A stretch of 64,000 nt of DNA from an uncultured Methanoregulaceae archaeon (GCA_963701095.1 OY969564.1:2464001-2528000); one strand, 5' to 3'; shown: positions 44,901 to 56,554, counted from the first letter of the stretch. The notes: generated by a model not told the origin, from the sequence alone. Numbers and translations are program-made.

Positions 44901-45429
44901 ATTCACGAAGCGCCGTAAAGCCGATACCCTGAATAAAAAAGGGGGGGACTGCCCCGAGCACGGCAGCAATCGAAAAAAGGGAAAATCCGAGAATACATCC
45001 GCTGTAGAGGATCGTTATCTTAGAAACATCACTCCGTCGTTGTTTTGGCATTGTTCCGGAGAGTGCTATCAGAATTCCGATTAGTTGAAAAAAAGCGCCG
45101 ATGCAGAATCCGGTGTTCTGGACAGTAACATTGGCATTCATGGAGTTCGGCAGGTAGTTGACGATCCCGGCAATAATCGCTCCAAGACCGATCATCAGCA
45201 TACCTGTTCCCTTCAGCAGCACGCCGTTAGAACCGCTCACCCTGAAGGATTTGTACGCAATATACGCGGCATACAGAGGGATCAGGCCAAGGAACAGCGC
45301 GTTGAACACCAGGAGCAGAATTGGCGGATTGAATGAAGTACTAATATTCAGAATCAGGAAAATGGTGATAAGAATAATAAAGACCGGGATGAGCAGCAGC
45401 GACAGAAATTTCCGGGTATCAAGGGTCAT
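41911..45429 (-). CDS. Membrane (MASE3-like) multi-PAS HisKA_2-type histidine kinase
   Basis: About 8 TM helices, ~5 PAS, EIHHRVKNN, NELVTNSFKYAF, DNGCG, SLGL. Confidence 0.92.
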   Translation of the reverse strand: MTLDTRKFLSLLLIPVFIILITIFLILNISTSFNPPILLLVFNALFLGLIPLYAAYIAYKSFRVSGSNGVLLKGTGMLMIGLGAIIAGIVNYLPNSMNANVTVQNTGFCIGAFFQLIGILIALSGTMPKQRRSDVSKITILYSGCILGFSLFSIAAVLGAVPPFFIQGIGFTALREFIITSAIEFFVLSAGILLWLYFKKHENFFFWYSIGMELIGLGLLAVHFPSVLGSPLGWIGRSAQYIGGAYLLIAFISLNISAHRTGIQVSEMLSRFFGESETNYKTLIDTATDAIVVFDSEDRIIVWNRAAEKMFGYTSAEATGSSFFHRVIPDEFTNVVKNSFPNPEPPETRSPTPKSVEISARRKEGNLFPLELACSWNLVAGTWISTCILRDLTERKRTEASLLRLSSFPEKNTNPIIEIDVSGHILYNNPSAVGLFPDLQMNNHPFLANLESTFTELIQGTTNLTFREVWVGDRCYQQSIHYLPEIQRVRIYGMDITGLKKAEFELRLERDNLNELNEELSSIQEEMRQNLEELTRSEAIQRRQAELLRLSYDAIIVWRLDGGIESWNRGAELLYGYTENEVCGKITHKLLATIHPKPWDQIETEIREKGMWEGELRHRTEDGREIIVNSRHQLIHDSDGFDLVLETNRDITDLKKTEEALRETRAKLDAALDSMTDAVFISDTKGRFIQFNDAFATFHKFRNRDECATTLSEYPEFLDVYMADGTLAPLDMWAVPRALRGESATNIEYRLKRKDTGETWVGSYSFGPIRDKNASIVGSVVVGRDITDIKKGEEALQNNIRLLEEVMEGSPSPIFLKDLEGKFISINSALERMLGKSRQELKGKTDYDIAPKELADYWRSHDKKVVNTGKPIQIEEEADLPDRHHIFLSNKFPLVDIHGQIYGVGAISHDITERKKAENEVIRKNAELNEINEELTASEEELHQNVEELALREKELQTALAEKEVLLSEIHHRVKNNLTAFISLLSLDGSYEDSESGRALRKDLQNRARSMALIHETLYRTGKFSNVDMSIYLKNLVDQIAQSYGIRSDIKIYVGVDGTLSIDRATTAGLIINELVTNSFKYAFPPDFDCMALRGAPCTIRVSLAKEDGTDVLRVSDNGCGFPESFDPFSSKSLGLKLVNFLSRHQLLAEISIQRDKGTEFIFRLKNTKNNP

Positions 45430-45836
45430 TGATATAAGTCCGTGAAAACATCTTCCGAGATGAAATTTTTATATTTTTTGATATTTTACATCTTAATGGA
45501 TAAAGATATTTATTTAAACATTTATGCTGCGCCAGATTTGAAGGTCCGATCACTTCCTACGCCTCATGGCCTAACCCTAATCCTGCTTAACAGGAGAGCG
45601 AACCGGTGCTATGCCGATCGAGATTCAAGGGTGTGTTGTAAATGGTCAAAGACGCATTCGAGCGTAGGCTGTGGCGTTTCTCCGCACTTGTGGAGATTCT
45701 CAAGCGTTAGGATCAATAAAAAATATACGAGAAAGAATGGGATCCTTGATTTGATATATCTGATAAAAGGATGTTTTATCAGACGGTTTACGGACAATTC
45801 GATAACATTATCATGTCAATTATAGAATAGCGCTTT

Positions 45837-46562
45837 ATGATTATGCCGGCTCGGCTTTCCCTCATTGAACTCCTTGATATGTCGGACCCTGATATCGTCC
45901 AAATCATCAATACTTTTGTCACTCATTTCAACAAAGCCTATGGCCATACGGGTACGGATCGATGGGATATTTCCAAGGAAGACTGGGAGCGGTATGAATT
46001 CCTTGGTGACCGGGTGATTAACCTGGTTATTGCCCAGAACCTCTTTACCCGGCGCAATTCAGTCCTGAACGAAGGGGAGATGACAAAAATGTTGAGTTCT
46101 GTCGTGTCCAACGAATCGCTTTCTGCTCTCGTCTTGAGACTTGATTCTTTGGGATTTGAACGGCTGGTCCCGGCATCTATCGCTGTACAGGATAGTTATG
46201 GAAAGCGAATTATCGGAGGAACATTCGAGGCATTCATTGGTGCTCTGTACTGTGAGATCGGACTTGACGATGTCGCTTATTTCATTAACACTATAATGGC
46301 AAAATCACTCGACGATTATAACCCAAAAAGTAATGCAGTCGGCATTTTGCAGGAACATTTCCAGAAACTCTTCAAATCTACGCCATTCTACCGTGAGAAA
46401 AACCGCACCGGGCCAGACCATAAGCCTGTCTTTACGTACGAGGTTCTTTTCAATAACGAAGTTCTTGGCGAAGGATGCAGCGATAGTGTCCAGCAGGCGC
46501 AACAAGCTGCGGCAAACCGGGCGCTCCAAAATCTCGGCCTGATGGATCACTCTCCGTCTTAA
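45837..46562 (+). CDS. rnc: Ribonuclease III family protein with dsRBD
   Basis: ERYEFLGD, EGEMT, VSNESL, FEAFIGALY; dsRBD LQE..Q....P.Y....GPDH...F...A.Q.AA..AL. Confidence 0.88.
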   Translation: MIMPARLSLIELLDMSDPDIVQIINTFVTHFNKAYGHTGTDRWDISKEDWERYEFLGDRVINLVIAQNLFTRRNSVLNEGEMTKMLSSVVSNESLSALVLRLDSLGFERLVPASIAVQDSYGKRIIGGTFEAFIGALYCEIGLDDVAYFINTIMAKSLDDYNPKSNAVGILQEHFQKLFKSTPFYREKNRTGPDHKPVFTYEVLFNNEVLGEGCSDSVQQAQQAAANRALQNLGLMDHSPS

Positions 46563-46615
46563 AACTTCGAAAAAATCGTATGAACTGGTGAAATATCGAC
46601 AAAGCAACTTAACCT

Positions 46616-47404
46616 TCAGGAAGAAAAAAACTCAATGAGCACAGGAGCGAGGACTGCTTGATCATATTCGTGAGTCTGGCCTTCCAGTGTTCGATACTGC
46701 GCACGGGGAGCTGCATCCTTAACTCCTTTTGCGGCATTACGCATGAAAAGAGGGCTTGCTCCTCCATCTATGACAAGGAGAGGTATAGTAACGGATGCAA
46801 CGAGTTTTTCCGGCAAAGAACCATCACCCATGATTTCATTATCATACGCAAGTGTCGGTGCTACGGACTCAAACATTGACCATGCAGGTGTTTGTTTCAT
46901 CACGGCAATTATGTTGGGAGGAGTCCCCCAGCTCCTCCTGGCAAGTTCAACAGCCTCACTCCGGCGGTTCTCCAGCAACAGGAGGTTCAGCTGTTTTGTG
47001 TAGCGTTCTGCCGCTTTGCGGGCGTCATCATTCCCGGAGTTGAATGGAGGCTCATACACCGCCAGTTTCTTAATATCGAGACCTTGTGCAGCTGCGTGCA
47101 GGGCAAGGACTGCTCCTGACGACATACCGAATAGATATACTGATCTACCGGAATCTTTGATGAGGGCACTGATGTCTTCAATCTCACGATCTACTGCGTA
47201 TGGCTGTGCGTCAGTGCTGTCTCCTCTTCCCCGGCGATCATAGTGATACGTTGTGTAGTATTTGCTCAGAAGTCTGGCAAGCTGTGTCATTCGTGGGTCA
47301 ATTGATCGGGAATGGAAAGCACCACCGACCAAAATAAGGGCCGGGCCTTGGCCAATTTTATCAAAAGCAATCTGTGTACCATCTTTTGAAATTACCGTTT
47401 GCAT
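46616..47404 (-). CDS. Alpha/beta hydrolase
   Basis: Probable start ATG 47404 (MQTVISKDGT); YDRRGRGDS, GMSSG nucleophile elbow, YEPP, GQTH. Confidence 0.88.
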   Translation of the reverse strand: MQTVISKDGTQIAFDKIGQGPALILVGGAFHSRSIDPRMTQLARLLSKYYTTYHYDRRGRGDSTDAQPYAVDREIEDISALIKDSGRSVYLFGMSSGAVLALHAAAQGLDIKKLAVYEPPFNSGNDDARKAAERYTKQLNLLLLENRRSEAVELARRSWGTPPNIIAVMKQTPAWSMFESVAPTLAYDNEIMGDGSLPEKLVASVTIPLLVIDGGASPLFMRNAAKGVKDAAPRAQYRTLEGQTHEYDQAVLAPVLIEFFSS

Positions 47405-47695
47405 GTAAGCCTCAACAGATTTGTTTTTTGGATAGATACAAAAAACTTTTATTAATATTTTTTCCATGCGGGTACTGTCAAGTTTGCATTTCTGAACTTT
47501 AACACTCCGAAGAAACTTGACAACCTGCCGAAGATTTGGAAGTAATCTCCTCTCCCGTATGCACATGGAGAGAATAGAATTCAGTGAAGTGCGTTCCGTG
47601 ATATCTGCGGGAATGTTAAAAAACAGTCAATATTGAGGATAACGACGATGTCATCTTTCTTTAAGCCCCTTGGACGAATAGCACTGAAAAAAGTA

Positions 47696-49750
47696 TCAAA
47701 ACTTTTCCGGGAACGTGATCGTGAATGTAGTGCCTTGCTGGGAAGTGATGGTGATCTCCCCGCCAAGCTGGCGCACCAGTACCTGCACTAGTTGCATTCC
47801 AAGCGTAGCTGTACTCTTGAGATCAAAATTTTTTGGAAGACCTGTTCCGTTATCACTGACTTTAAGTGTGAAACGATGATCCGGGGAAAGATGCAGGGAT
47901 ATGCCGAGTGTCCCGGAAGATCTCCCCTTGAATGCATACTTCAGTGAATTAGTTAGCAATTCATTGATAATCAACCCGCAGGGAATTGCCGTATCGAGAT
48001 TAATATTGATATTCTCGACATCAACTTCAAATTTAACCTCAGTCTGAACGACGTAAGATTCCTGAAGCTCTGAAGTGAGACTTTTTAGGTATTCGGCAAC
48101 ATTGATGAACCCGAGGTGCTTTGATTGATAGAGTTTCTCATGGACCAGTGCCATGGATCTCACACGTCGCTGGCATTCTTCGAGCTTTTCGGCAGATTCG
48201 GGATCTTTAATATAATTAGTCTGAAGCTGGAGGAACCCAGAGATTACCTGCATGTTGTTTTTGACCCGGTGGTGAACTTCTTTGATGATAACTTCTTTCT
48301 CCCGGACGGATGTCTCGAGCTGGTTTTCATACTGCCGCCGGTCGGTGATATCCAGATGAATGCCTACAAAGGATGTGATCTTTCCAGAACTGTCACGGAT
48401 CGGAGAACCACGGCTTAAGATAAAATGTTCCTGGCCGGTTTTATCAAAAATCCGGTACTCGTAATCCCAGAATCCTCCAGTCTGAACGGTCTGCATCCAG
48501 TCATTCTTTGTTCGCTCTGCATCTTCGGGAGAAAGTTGTCTCATCCATGCGTGGTTCTTACAATCCTCCTGTTTCATTCCAATAAGCGCAAGGAAGGATT
48601 CCGAACAATAAGTAAACTGGCCGGAGGCATCACAGATCCAGACCCCATAGGGAATGAGTTCTCCCGTCATACGAAAACGCTGCTCACGTTCCCGGATCGA
48701 CGTTTCCGCTCGTTTCCGCTCCGATATATCGCGTATGATGCAGATCACGGCAGGGTGGCCATGATAATCGATGCGGCTGCTGCTGATCTCCGTAGGAATC
48801 TCACTTCCGAATCGGTTACGGTGGATTGTCTCGTAAATCAGTGACCCTTTGACTTCCATTTCTTTTATATTGGCACGTGTTCTTTCTGCGCACGGTGAAA
48901 TACCAAGATCCATAATGCGCATTTTTTTGAGTTCATCTAATGAGTACCCGGAACTCTGGCAGGCAATCTTGTTTGCATCAAGGATGATTCCGTCCATATT
49001 ATGGATGACTATTGCGTCGCCAGCCTGATCAAAAAGGAGCTGGTATTGGACTTCGGATTCACGAAGCTTGTCGCTGACGTTTTTTCGCTCGCTGATATCA
49101 GCTACGAAACATACCACGAGGTTCTCTACGGTGAGCGATGCCGTAACCTGAGCCCAGACCCGGGAACCATCTTTTTTTACAAACTCGATTTCAGCATCGT
49201 TAACCGCACGATCTTGCCGGATCCGGGAGATTAGCGTATGCATTACGTCAGGTTTATCCCAGAGTATTGATATCTCCCGGTTATCCAGATCCCCACTCTC
49301 ATACCCGAGGATATGGTCAAGTCGGGCGTTGTGTTGCTGGATTTTTTGGGATTCAAGATCGAATGTGAAGATTCCCGATTGTGAGTTTACGAAAATATCC
49401 AGGTATTTCCGTTGTCTGACGATCTCATTTGTATATGCGGAGATTAGGACACCCAAAGAGACGAAAACATAGAACCACACGCTGCTGGATGCAAGCAGTT
49501 GCACATTAAATGCGCCATAAAAGTAGACTAGTCCCAGGTACAGCCATCCAAGGATGATAGTAAAATAGACACCTGATCGTGGATATTCGTATGCAACAAG
49601 AATAACCGGCACGATGTATAAATAAGGATAAACATCAACAACACCGCTTTTCAGGCTGAAGATCGTTATCAGAAGAGTGCTCAAAGTAAGAAGTGCAGCG
49701 ACAATAATAATAATTAATCGAGACCTGGAGATTTCAGCCAATTTTACCAA
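47696..49750 (-). CDS. Membrane 3xPAS HisKA_2-type histidine kinase
   Basis: 4 TM, 3 PAS, EVHHRVKNN, NELLTNSLKYAF, DNGTG, TLGM. Confidence 0.92.
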   Translation of the reverse strand: MVKLAEISRSRLIIIIVAALLTLSTLLITIFSLKSGVVDVYPYLYIVPVILVAYEYPRSGVYFTIILGWLYLGLVYFYGAFNVQLLASSSVWFYVFVSLGVLISAYTNEIVRQRKYLDIFVNSQSGIFTFDLESQKIQQHNARLDHILGYESGDLDNREISILWDKPDVMHTLISRIRQDRAVNDAEIEFVKKDGSRVWAQVTASLTVENLVVCFVADISERKNVSDKLRESEVQYQLLFDQAGDAIVIHNMDGIILDANKIACQSSGYSLDELKKMRIMDLGISPCAERTRANIKEMEVKGSLIYETIHRNRFGSEIPTEISSSRIDYHGHPAVICIIRDISERKRAETSIREREQRFRMTGELIPYGVWICDASGQFTYCSESFLALIGMKQEDCKNHAWMRQLSPEDAERTKNDWMQTVQTGGFWDYEYRIFDKTGQEHFILSRGSPIRDSSGKITSFVGIHLDITDRRQYENQLETSVREKEVIIKEVHHRVKNNMQVISGFLQLQTNYIKDPESAEKLEECQRRVRSMALVHEKLYQSKHLGFINVAEYLKSLTSELQESYVVQTEVKFEVDVENININLDTAIPCGLIINELLTNSLKYAFKGRSSGTLGISLHLSPDHRFTLKVSDNGTGLPKNFDLKSTATLGMQLVQVLVRQLGGEITITSQQGTTFTITFPEKF

Positions 49751-49946
49751 TCCTTTTCAGGTCCGGTGATTAGTTTGTCCATGATACCTACAATCCCCTC
49801 GTTCTCTCATCAGTGTCAGAGTATTATATAGTTTTATATAAATCAGAAGCGACGGTTACTCTAGGGTACTATAAGGTTCGTGGAACGGGAAATTCCAGAT
49901 ATCCCGTATCTTAAACCCCAAAACAACAGAAGGAATTCGTGGGAAC

Positions 49947-50716
49947 ATGCAACAAAAGAAAGTACTTATTGTCGAGGACGAAGGGGTCGTGGCCCTGTCG
50001 CTCCAGTCCATCCTGACAAAAATGGGATATACCGTTGTCGGGAATGCAATTACCGGGGATGAAGCGATTGCGCTGGCCCGGGATCATCGTCCTGATGTCA
50101 TCCTTATGGACATCCATATCAAGGGATCCTTGGATGGTATCCAGACGACAGAAAAGATCAACGAGTTTTCCGATGTGCCAGTAATCTACCTGACGGCGTA
50201 TGCCGATGACGAGACCGTCAGCCGTGCAATCAAGACACGGTCCCACAGTTACCTGGTTAAACCGGTAAACCAGCGGGAACTGTATTCCAATATCGAATTT
50301 GCGATCTACAAGCGCCGGTCAGAGACCGGGCAGGGACATCACAGGAAAACCTCGAACTTTTCCTAACCAATATAAAAGAGGCAGGATTTATCATTAACCT
50401 GAAGAACCGGATCGTTTTTTCCAATTCTGCTGCCGAAGTGCTGACCGGATACAAGGCGGAAGAAATGAAGGAAATGAATTTCTTCGACCTCATGAACTTG
50501 GCCCCTTCCCAAAGGGGAGATGCCGGAGATGAGACGATACAGAAGATTCTCGATCTCGAGGCAATTGATTATCTCCCACCAATTGCAACGTTCTCAGCAA
50601 AAAGTGGTAAACGGAGAACTGCACTCATCAGGGCCGGTATGATCCGGGAGGATAAAGACGAGCACAAGAATGTCTTTATCCTGGTTAAAGAGATGGATCC
50701 TGCGGATTATTCATAG
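49947..50716 (+). CDS. Receiver + PAS protein; one apparent single-base deletion at ~50317
   Basis: REC motifs; adding a G gives KRRVRDRAGTSQENLELFL..., continuing into ORF 50438-50716. Confidence 0.85.
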
Positions 50717-50760
50717 TAAAAACCCTTTTACGAGAGAATATCGTGAATGAGTGGGATCCC

Positions 50761-52572
50761 TTATCCTTCAATATTGTAATGTTTCCGCAAAAACATTCTG
50801 ATTTTTTCCGATTCGAGATACCCTTTGTCCATTCGGTCAAGAATGAATTGGATCTCTTGTGATCGTTCGACGATTTTGCGCGAATGCTCATCATCGCAAA
50901 GACCGGCCAGCATCATAATGACCGTAAGGGGGTTACGGATGTGATCATTAAGCGTCGCAAACTGCTGGAGGTTCTGTTCAATCTGACGATATAACGTGCG
51001 CTGTTGTTCTTCGATCTCTTTGTTACGGGTAATATCCCGTCCCACGGACTGGTATTCAGTTATATTCCCGGCTGCATCGAAAAATGCCCGGTTGCTCCAT
51101 TGTTGCCAGACAACTGCACCATCACTCATGATACAACGGTATTCGATGAGGCCAATCGGATGATCTGGCGTAAGAGATGCAAAATGGGCGTCCAAAACAT
51201 GTTGATCATCCGGATGAACTGGTAGACGGAAAATATAGCCAATCGTTCCCTTTTCTTCAAGAGCAAAATAATCAAGGAATGCCTTGTTTGCAAACAGGAT
51301 CCGCCGGTCTAAACGGAACCGGTAGATCAACTCCGATTGATCCTGAACAACAGCCCGGAACCTTTTCTCGCTTTCTGAAAGTGCTTCTTCGACCCGAACC
51401 CGCTCACTAATGTCCACCATGACACCGATAATCCCCCTCGTCTTAATCTTGCCATCACTGAACGTCGCTTGTCTGATAATCATATCCCGAATCGATGAGT
51501 CCTGATGGGGGAACTTGATCTGGTAGACCTGGATACCCTGGTGACTGATCAGGTACCTATCTTTACTGCTGATCGGTGCAGCTAGTTCGCTTGCAAGAAT
51601 TATATCCGCAGTTTTCCCGATTATGGCATTCCGCGAAAGACCAAAGTAGCTTTCGAATGTCTTGTTACATCCCATATATCGGAGATCATTATCCTTGTAA
51701 TAGACCGGGCTAGGGATTGTATCGATCAGCTGCTGGAGGAATTGAACCTGATGATCAAGTGACGCGGTCCGTTCCTGAACCCTCATTTCCAGTTCCTCGT
51801 TTATATGGCGCAATTTTTCTTCAGCCATCACACGATCCGTGATATCCGTAAGCATGGAAAAGGATCCAGAGAACGCTCCACGCTCATCATAGACCGGAGT
51901 GGCCGAGATATGCATCCATCGTACTGTACTGTCTGGATTCAACATCCGCAAATCGTAGCTTCCAAGTTTCCCGGCTCGTTGCCCCTCCAGTTCACGGGAA
52001 AATATAGGGAGATCCCCTGGGAAGATAAAATCGACAATACGGTGCCCGGTAATCTCATCTAAAGAACGTCCAATAAGATTGGCCATTCGCTGGTTGACAA
52101 GAGTTGTTTTGCCTTCTGCATCGATGCCCCAGATACCTTCATTGGCCGTTTCAACAATACGACGATATTTTTCTTCATTCTCTTTGAGCTGCCGGTCAAG
52201 ACTATATTTGTAAAGGGAGATCTCAATGATTGTATTCAGTTCCCTTTCCTGATAGGGTTTGAGAATATATCCGTAAGGCTGGGTAACCTTGGCCTTCTCC
52301 ATGATAGCCGCATCGGCAAATGCGGTCAGGTAAACTACGGGCACTTTTGAAAATTTCCGTATCTCCTCCGTTGCAGTGAGCCCGTTCATTTCCCCCGCAA
52401 GAAAAATATCCATGAGGACAAGATCGGGATTGGTCTCTCTAGCGAGCCGGACTGCATCTTCACCCGTCCCAGTACTTCCTGCAATATCATAACCAAGCTG
52501 GATGAGAGTCAACCGGAGATCCTCAGCGACAATCCGTTCATCCTCAACAATCAGGATCCGAGCAGCCGTCAT
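50761..52572 (-). CDS. Receiver + 3xPAS + His-phosphoacceptor protein lacking a HATPase domain
   Basis: REC, 3 PAS, LNDHIRNPL; ends ~50 aa later with no N/G boxes. Confidence 0.85.
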   Translation of the reverse strand: MTAARILIVEDERIVAEDLRLTLIQLGYDIAGSTGTGEDAVRLARETNPDLVLMDIFLAGEMNGLTATEEIRKFSKVPVVYLTAFADAAIMEKAKVTQPYGYILKPYQERELNTIIEISLYKYSLDRQLKENEEKYRRIVETANEGIWGIDAEGKTTLVNQRMANLIGRSLDEITGHRIVDFIFPGDLPIFSRELEGQRAGKLGSYDLRMLNPDSTVRWMHISATPVYDERGAFSGSFSMLTDITDRVMAEEKLRHINEELEMRVQERTASLDHQVQFLQQLIDTIPSPVYYKDNDLRYMGCNKTFESYFGLSRNAIIGKTADIILASELAAPISSKDRYLISHQGIQVYQIKFPHQDSSIRDMIIRQATFSDGKIKTRGIIGVMVDISERVRVEEALSESEKRFRAVVQDQSELIYRFRLDRRILFANKAFLDYFALEEKGTIGYIFRLPVHPDDQHVLDAHFASLTPDHPIGLIEYRCIMSDGAVVWQQWSNRAFFDAAGNITEYQSVGRDITRNKEIEEQQRTLYRQIEQNLQQFATLNDHIRNPLTVIMMLAGLCDDEHSRKIVERSQEIQFILDRMDKGYLESEKIRMFLRKHYNIEG

Positions 52573-52704
52573 AATTCTTAAGTCTCTTTAATATTCTTAT
52601 CGCTTAATAATTCTCTTATTTCCGTCCATTCACCTGAATATCATCTCAACCATGTGTTTTGAAGTAAATCTACCTGAACAATCTCCGAACCCCATATTCC
52701 CAGC

Positions 52705-55700
52705 TCACCCAACAGGATGGATCTCTCCTATTTTCTCGCTGATTGGAATGGTAAGACTAAAACAGGTCCCGCATGCATGATCAAGTGTTATTGTCCCCCG
52801 AAGTTGTTCTATGAGGATTTGAACGAGCTTTAACCCAAGAGTCCGGGTATTTTTCCAGTCGAAATCCGCAGGGATCCCGATACCGTTATCACAAATCGAC
52901 ACCGTAAGAATCTGCCCATCACGATGCGCCGAGATCGTACATTCTCCTTTTCTCCCATCAGGGAACGCATATTTGAGCATGTTCGATATTAATTCGTTAA
53001 ATATGAGACCAAGAGGAGCGGCGGTATCAACATCGAGCACGATGTTTTCTGCATCGAAGATAAGACTGAGGGTGGCAGGATCTTTCTGGTAGAAGGCAAA
53101 CAGGCTCCTGCTTAGGTACCGAAGGTATGCCCCGAAATCGATCCGTGCTAAATCCTTTGACATATGCAGGCGTTCGTGCACGAGCGAGATTGCCCGGACC
53201 CGGTTCTGGGTGTCCCTTAGCGATTCAACCACGGCGGGATCGTGGATGATTTTTGACTGGAGATTAATGAGGCTAATGATGATCTGGAGATTGTTCTTTA
53301 CCCGGTGATGAACTTCGCGGAGGAGGATTTCCTTTTCCTTGAGCTGGTCAGTGATTAGCTGTTCATCATGCAGGATCTGTGTGATATCATGAAGTGTTAC
53401 AAATACACCGTTAACGGAACCATCGCTATCTCGGAAGAGATTTGAACCGGAAATCACTGGTGTACCATGCCCATCGAGGTGAAGAATGATATACCGGCTG
53501 CCTATTACCTTTCCGTCTTTCAGGACTGCATCAAAGCCTGATTGGGCCTGTTCCTTATTTTCGACATAATCCAGAAAGGGAGTCCCGAGGAGCAAATCTC
53601 GCCCCAGCCCCGTAATTTTTTCACCGGCCTTGTTGACATCCTTTATCCTGCCATCGGTACCGATAAGGACAAGAGGATCGAGATCCGCTTCGATCAGGCT
53701 GCGCGTATACGTTCTCGCATCGTCAAGTTCCCGGGTCCTGTCCTGCACGCGTTGCTCAAGAGTGTGGGTGAGTTCCTTGAGATCATTCTCAGTTTTTTTG
53801 ATTGCGGTGATATCCCGGATGGATTCTATCGCGCCAGCGATTTCTCCAGTTTGATTGAAAAGAGGGGTTGCGACGATCCAGAGATCTGCTGGTTTTCCCA
53901 ACAGGGAATGTACGTGGAACTGGCCGGAGAGAATTTTACCATCCTGGCGGGTATTTTTGTAATGCTTCTGGAGTTCTTCAGAATCCATGTGAATGACTAG
54001 ATCGATCAGAAGAGGTCTTCGTTCCCCAAACAATCGGAAAGCGTATTCATAGTCACCCTTTCCAAGAATTGCTTCCGGGGGAATTCCAGAGAGATTCTGG
54101 ATAGCGAGGTTCCAGGAGATGACCTTTCCTTTGTTATCGATCACAAATGTCGGATCTGGAAGGAAGCTGATGATATCAAAGAGCTGGTGTCTTGACTCAC
54201 GGAGTGCATTTTCCATCTCCTTACGTTCTGTAATATCCTGATTTGCACCATATGTCCGGATTACGGTTCCGTCAGGACCCATGACCGGCGCATATCGTGC
54301 AATAATCGTCCGGACACTCCCGTCCCTGGGTGTAATACGGTGTTCCAACTGGCCGGTATAGGCTGGATCCTTAGTTACAAGTAGTTTCTGGATTTCTCCA
54401 GGTACATTTTGCCGGTCTTCCGGATACACAAACTGCTGCATGTAGGTCTCAGCTGACATCAGGTTACCACCCTCTCGGTCGGCATTTGATCCATAGAGTG
54501 CATAAAACCGGTCATCAAACGTGAACATCCCTGATGCGACATCAAACTCCCAGTTCACGAGATGGGCAATATCCATTGCTGAGGCAAGCCGTTTTTGGCT
54601 CTCCCGAAGGTTTTCCTCACTTTTTCTAAGCGCCTTTTCTGCCTGCCGGCTTTCAGTGATGTCGCTGAAAACCGCAACAAAAAATTCCTCTTCCGGGGAA
54701 TATACAGAGATATGCAGCAGTTTTTTCGACGGGGTGAAATCGAGATCGAACGATTCGGGTTTGCGGGTCCGGGCGACCCTTCCGTAAATTTCGAACAACT
54801 CTGGAAATGCAGAGCGGATACCCGGGAATACTTTCGTAACCGGTTTCCCTAAAACCACGTCGGCGCCGATAATCCGGTTAAAGACGTCGTTGACAGCGAG
54901 ATAAATAAAATCTATTGATTGACCCTTATCGTCATAGATCATGCGACAGTAGGCTAACCCTTCTGCCATGTTATCGAAGAGGGTGCGGTATTTCTCCTCA
55001 CTCTCCCGCAGCGCTTCTTCGACTAGCTTGCGGTCAGTGATGTCAAGTGTGGTGCCGACATAACGAATCAGCGTTCCATCGTCGGCAAAATACGGATTCG
55101 CACGGTTATATACCCATCGCACGCTACCGTCAGGCCGAATAATCCGGTGCTCCAACACATACATCGAGCGGTTCCGCATCGCCGTGGTGAAAGTCTCATG
55201 CAGCAAGGTCGCGTCATCGGGATGGACGTACTTCTTTAGCATTTCATCGTACTCCGGGGAGGGGCCTGCGGGATCGAGGCCATATATACGGTACTCCTCT
55301 TCAGACCATACCGTAGTCCGCGTCACGGCAAAATACTCAAAGCTGCCCAGATGCGCGATCTTCTGGGCTTCCGCCAACGTTTTACGCGTCTCCTCCAACG
55401 CCTTTTCGGCCTTTTTCCGATCGGTAATGTCCCGAATGACAGACTACAACTACTTTTCTTCCGCCAAGGAAGGAAACATGGGCATTGATCTCGACCGGAA
55501 CAATTGTCCCGTCTTTTCTCCGATGTTCGGTTTCGAATATCGATTGGCCGACAGTTGATAACTCTTTAGTAATCTCTGGCAAAGGCTTGGAGTGGGACCC
55601 GCTCACAAAATCAAGAGGTCCAAACTGAAGCAATTCCTCTCGTGTATACTGCAACATCCGGCACGCGACTTCATTTACCTCAACAAATTTTCCCGGTTTA

Positions 55701-56554
55701 CCGTCAGATTCTATCTCGTGAATATGGATTCCATCATTTATCGTGTCAAAGATGCCCCGGAATTTCTCCTCACTCTCACGGAGCGCCCGGTCTGCCTGTC
55801 TACGGGTGGTGATATCCTCAAAAATCGTGACAAATCTGCCTTTTCCGGATGAATAAACGGATATTGCAAAATGCTTTTTCATCGGTGGAAAATATTCTTC
55901 GAACACTTCTGGCTGACCCGAAGCAGCAACCCGTCCATAGAGATCGAGGAATGGAGGAGTGTCGATACTATATGCCTCCCGGCTAGTTTTTCCGATAACA
56001 TCATTTCGATTGATTCCAAGGATCCTTTCGAATGCCATATTCACCTCGAGAATACGGTAATCGACCGGGTTTCCAGATAAGTCATAGATTATCTCATGGA
56101 ATGCACTCCCGTTGATCATCTGGTTTGAGAGATTCCGGAAGTCCTCCTCACTTTTCCGCAGATTTTCGATTGCTAGTCGTAAATCTAACGATTTTCTCTC
56201 AAGATTATCAGAGAGCATGGCAATAATGACACCAATGATGATAAACATCCCTGCACGAAGACCAGCGAATTCGATCTCAATAACTGAGGGATAAACGAAA
56301 AAAACAGCAAGGGCAAAATAGATCCCTGAAAGGATAAAGATCAGCGGTATGCCACGACACCGATAGTAATACCCAACAAGGACAAGCGGGAAAAAATACA
56401 GGAGGTTGAAGGCAGAGTTGATATGGTAGATAAAGCAGAACACCGCAATTGCAAGAATGACGGCAATACTCCCCCAGATAGCAACAGGAAGAATCCAGGA
56501 ACGTCTTCTTTTCCAGAAACCGGATCCTGCTGAAAACATCTGTAATCGTCTCAC
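52705..56554 (-). CDS. Membrane multi-PAS HisKA_2-type histidine kinase; one apparent extra base at ~55443
   Basis: Removing one base gives KVVVAVIRDITDRKKAEKALEETR and joins both ORFs; ~7 PAS; EVHHRVKNN, DNGIG, TLGL. Confidence 0.88.

Noticed and set aside
45442..45825. ORF with VSPHLWRFS, reminiscent of the tyrosine-recombinase HxLRH motif
   Set aside because: One degenerate motif only, no other catalytic residues; needs BLASTX support
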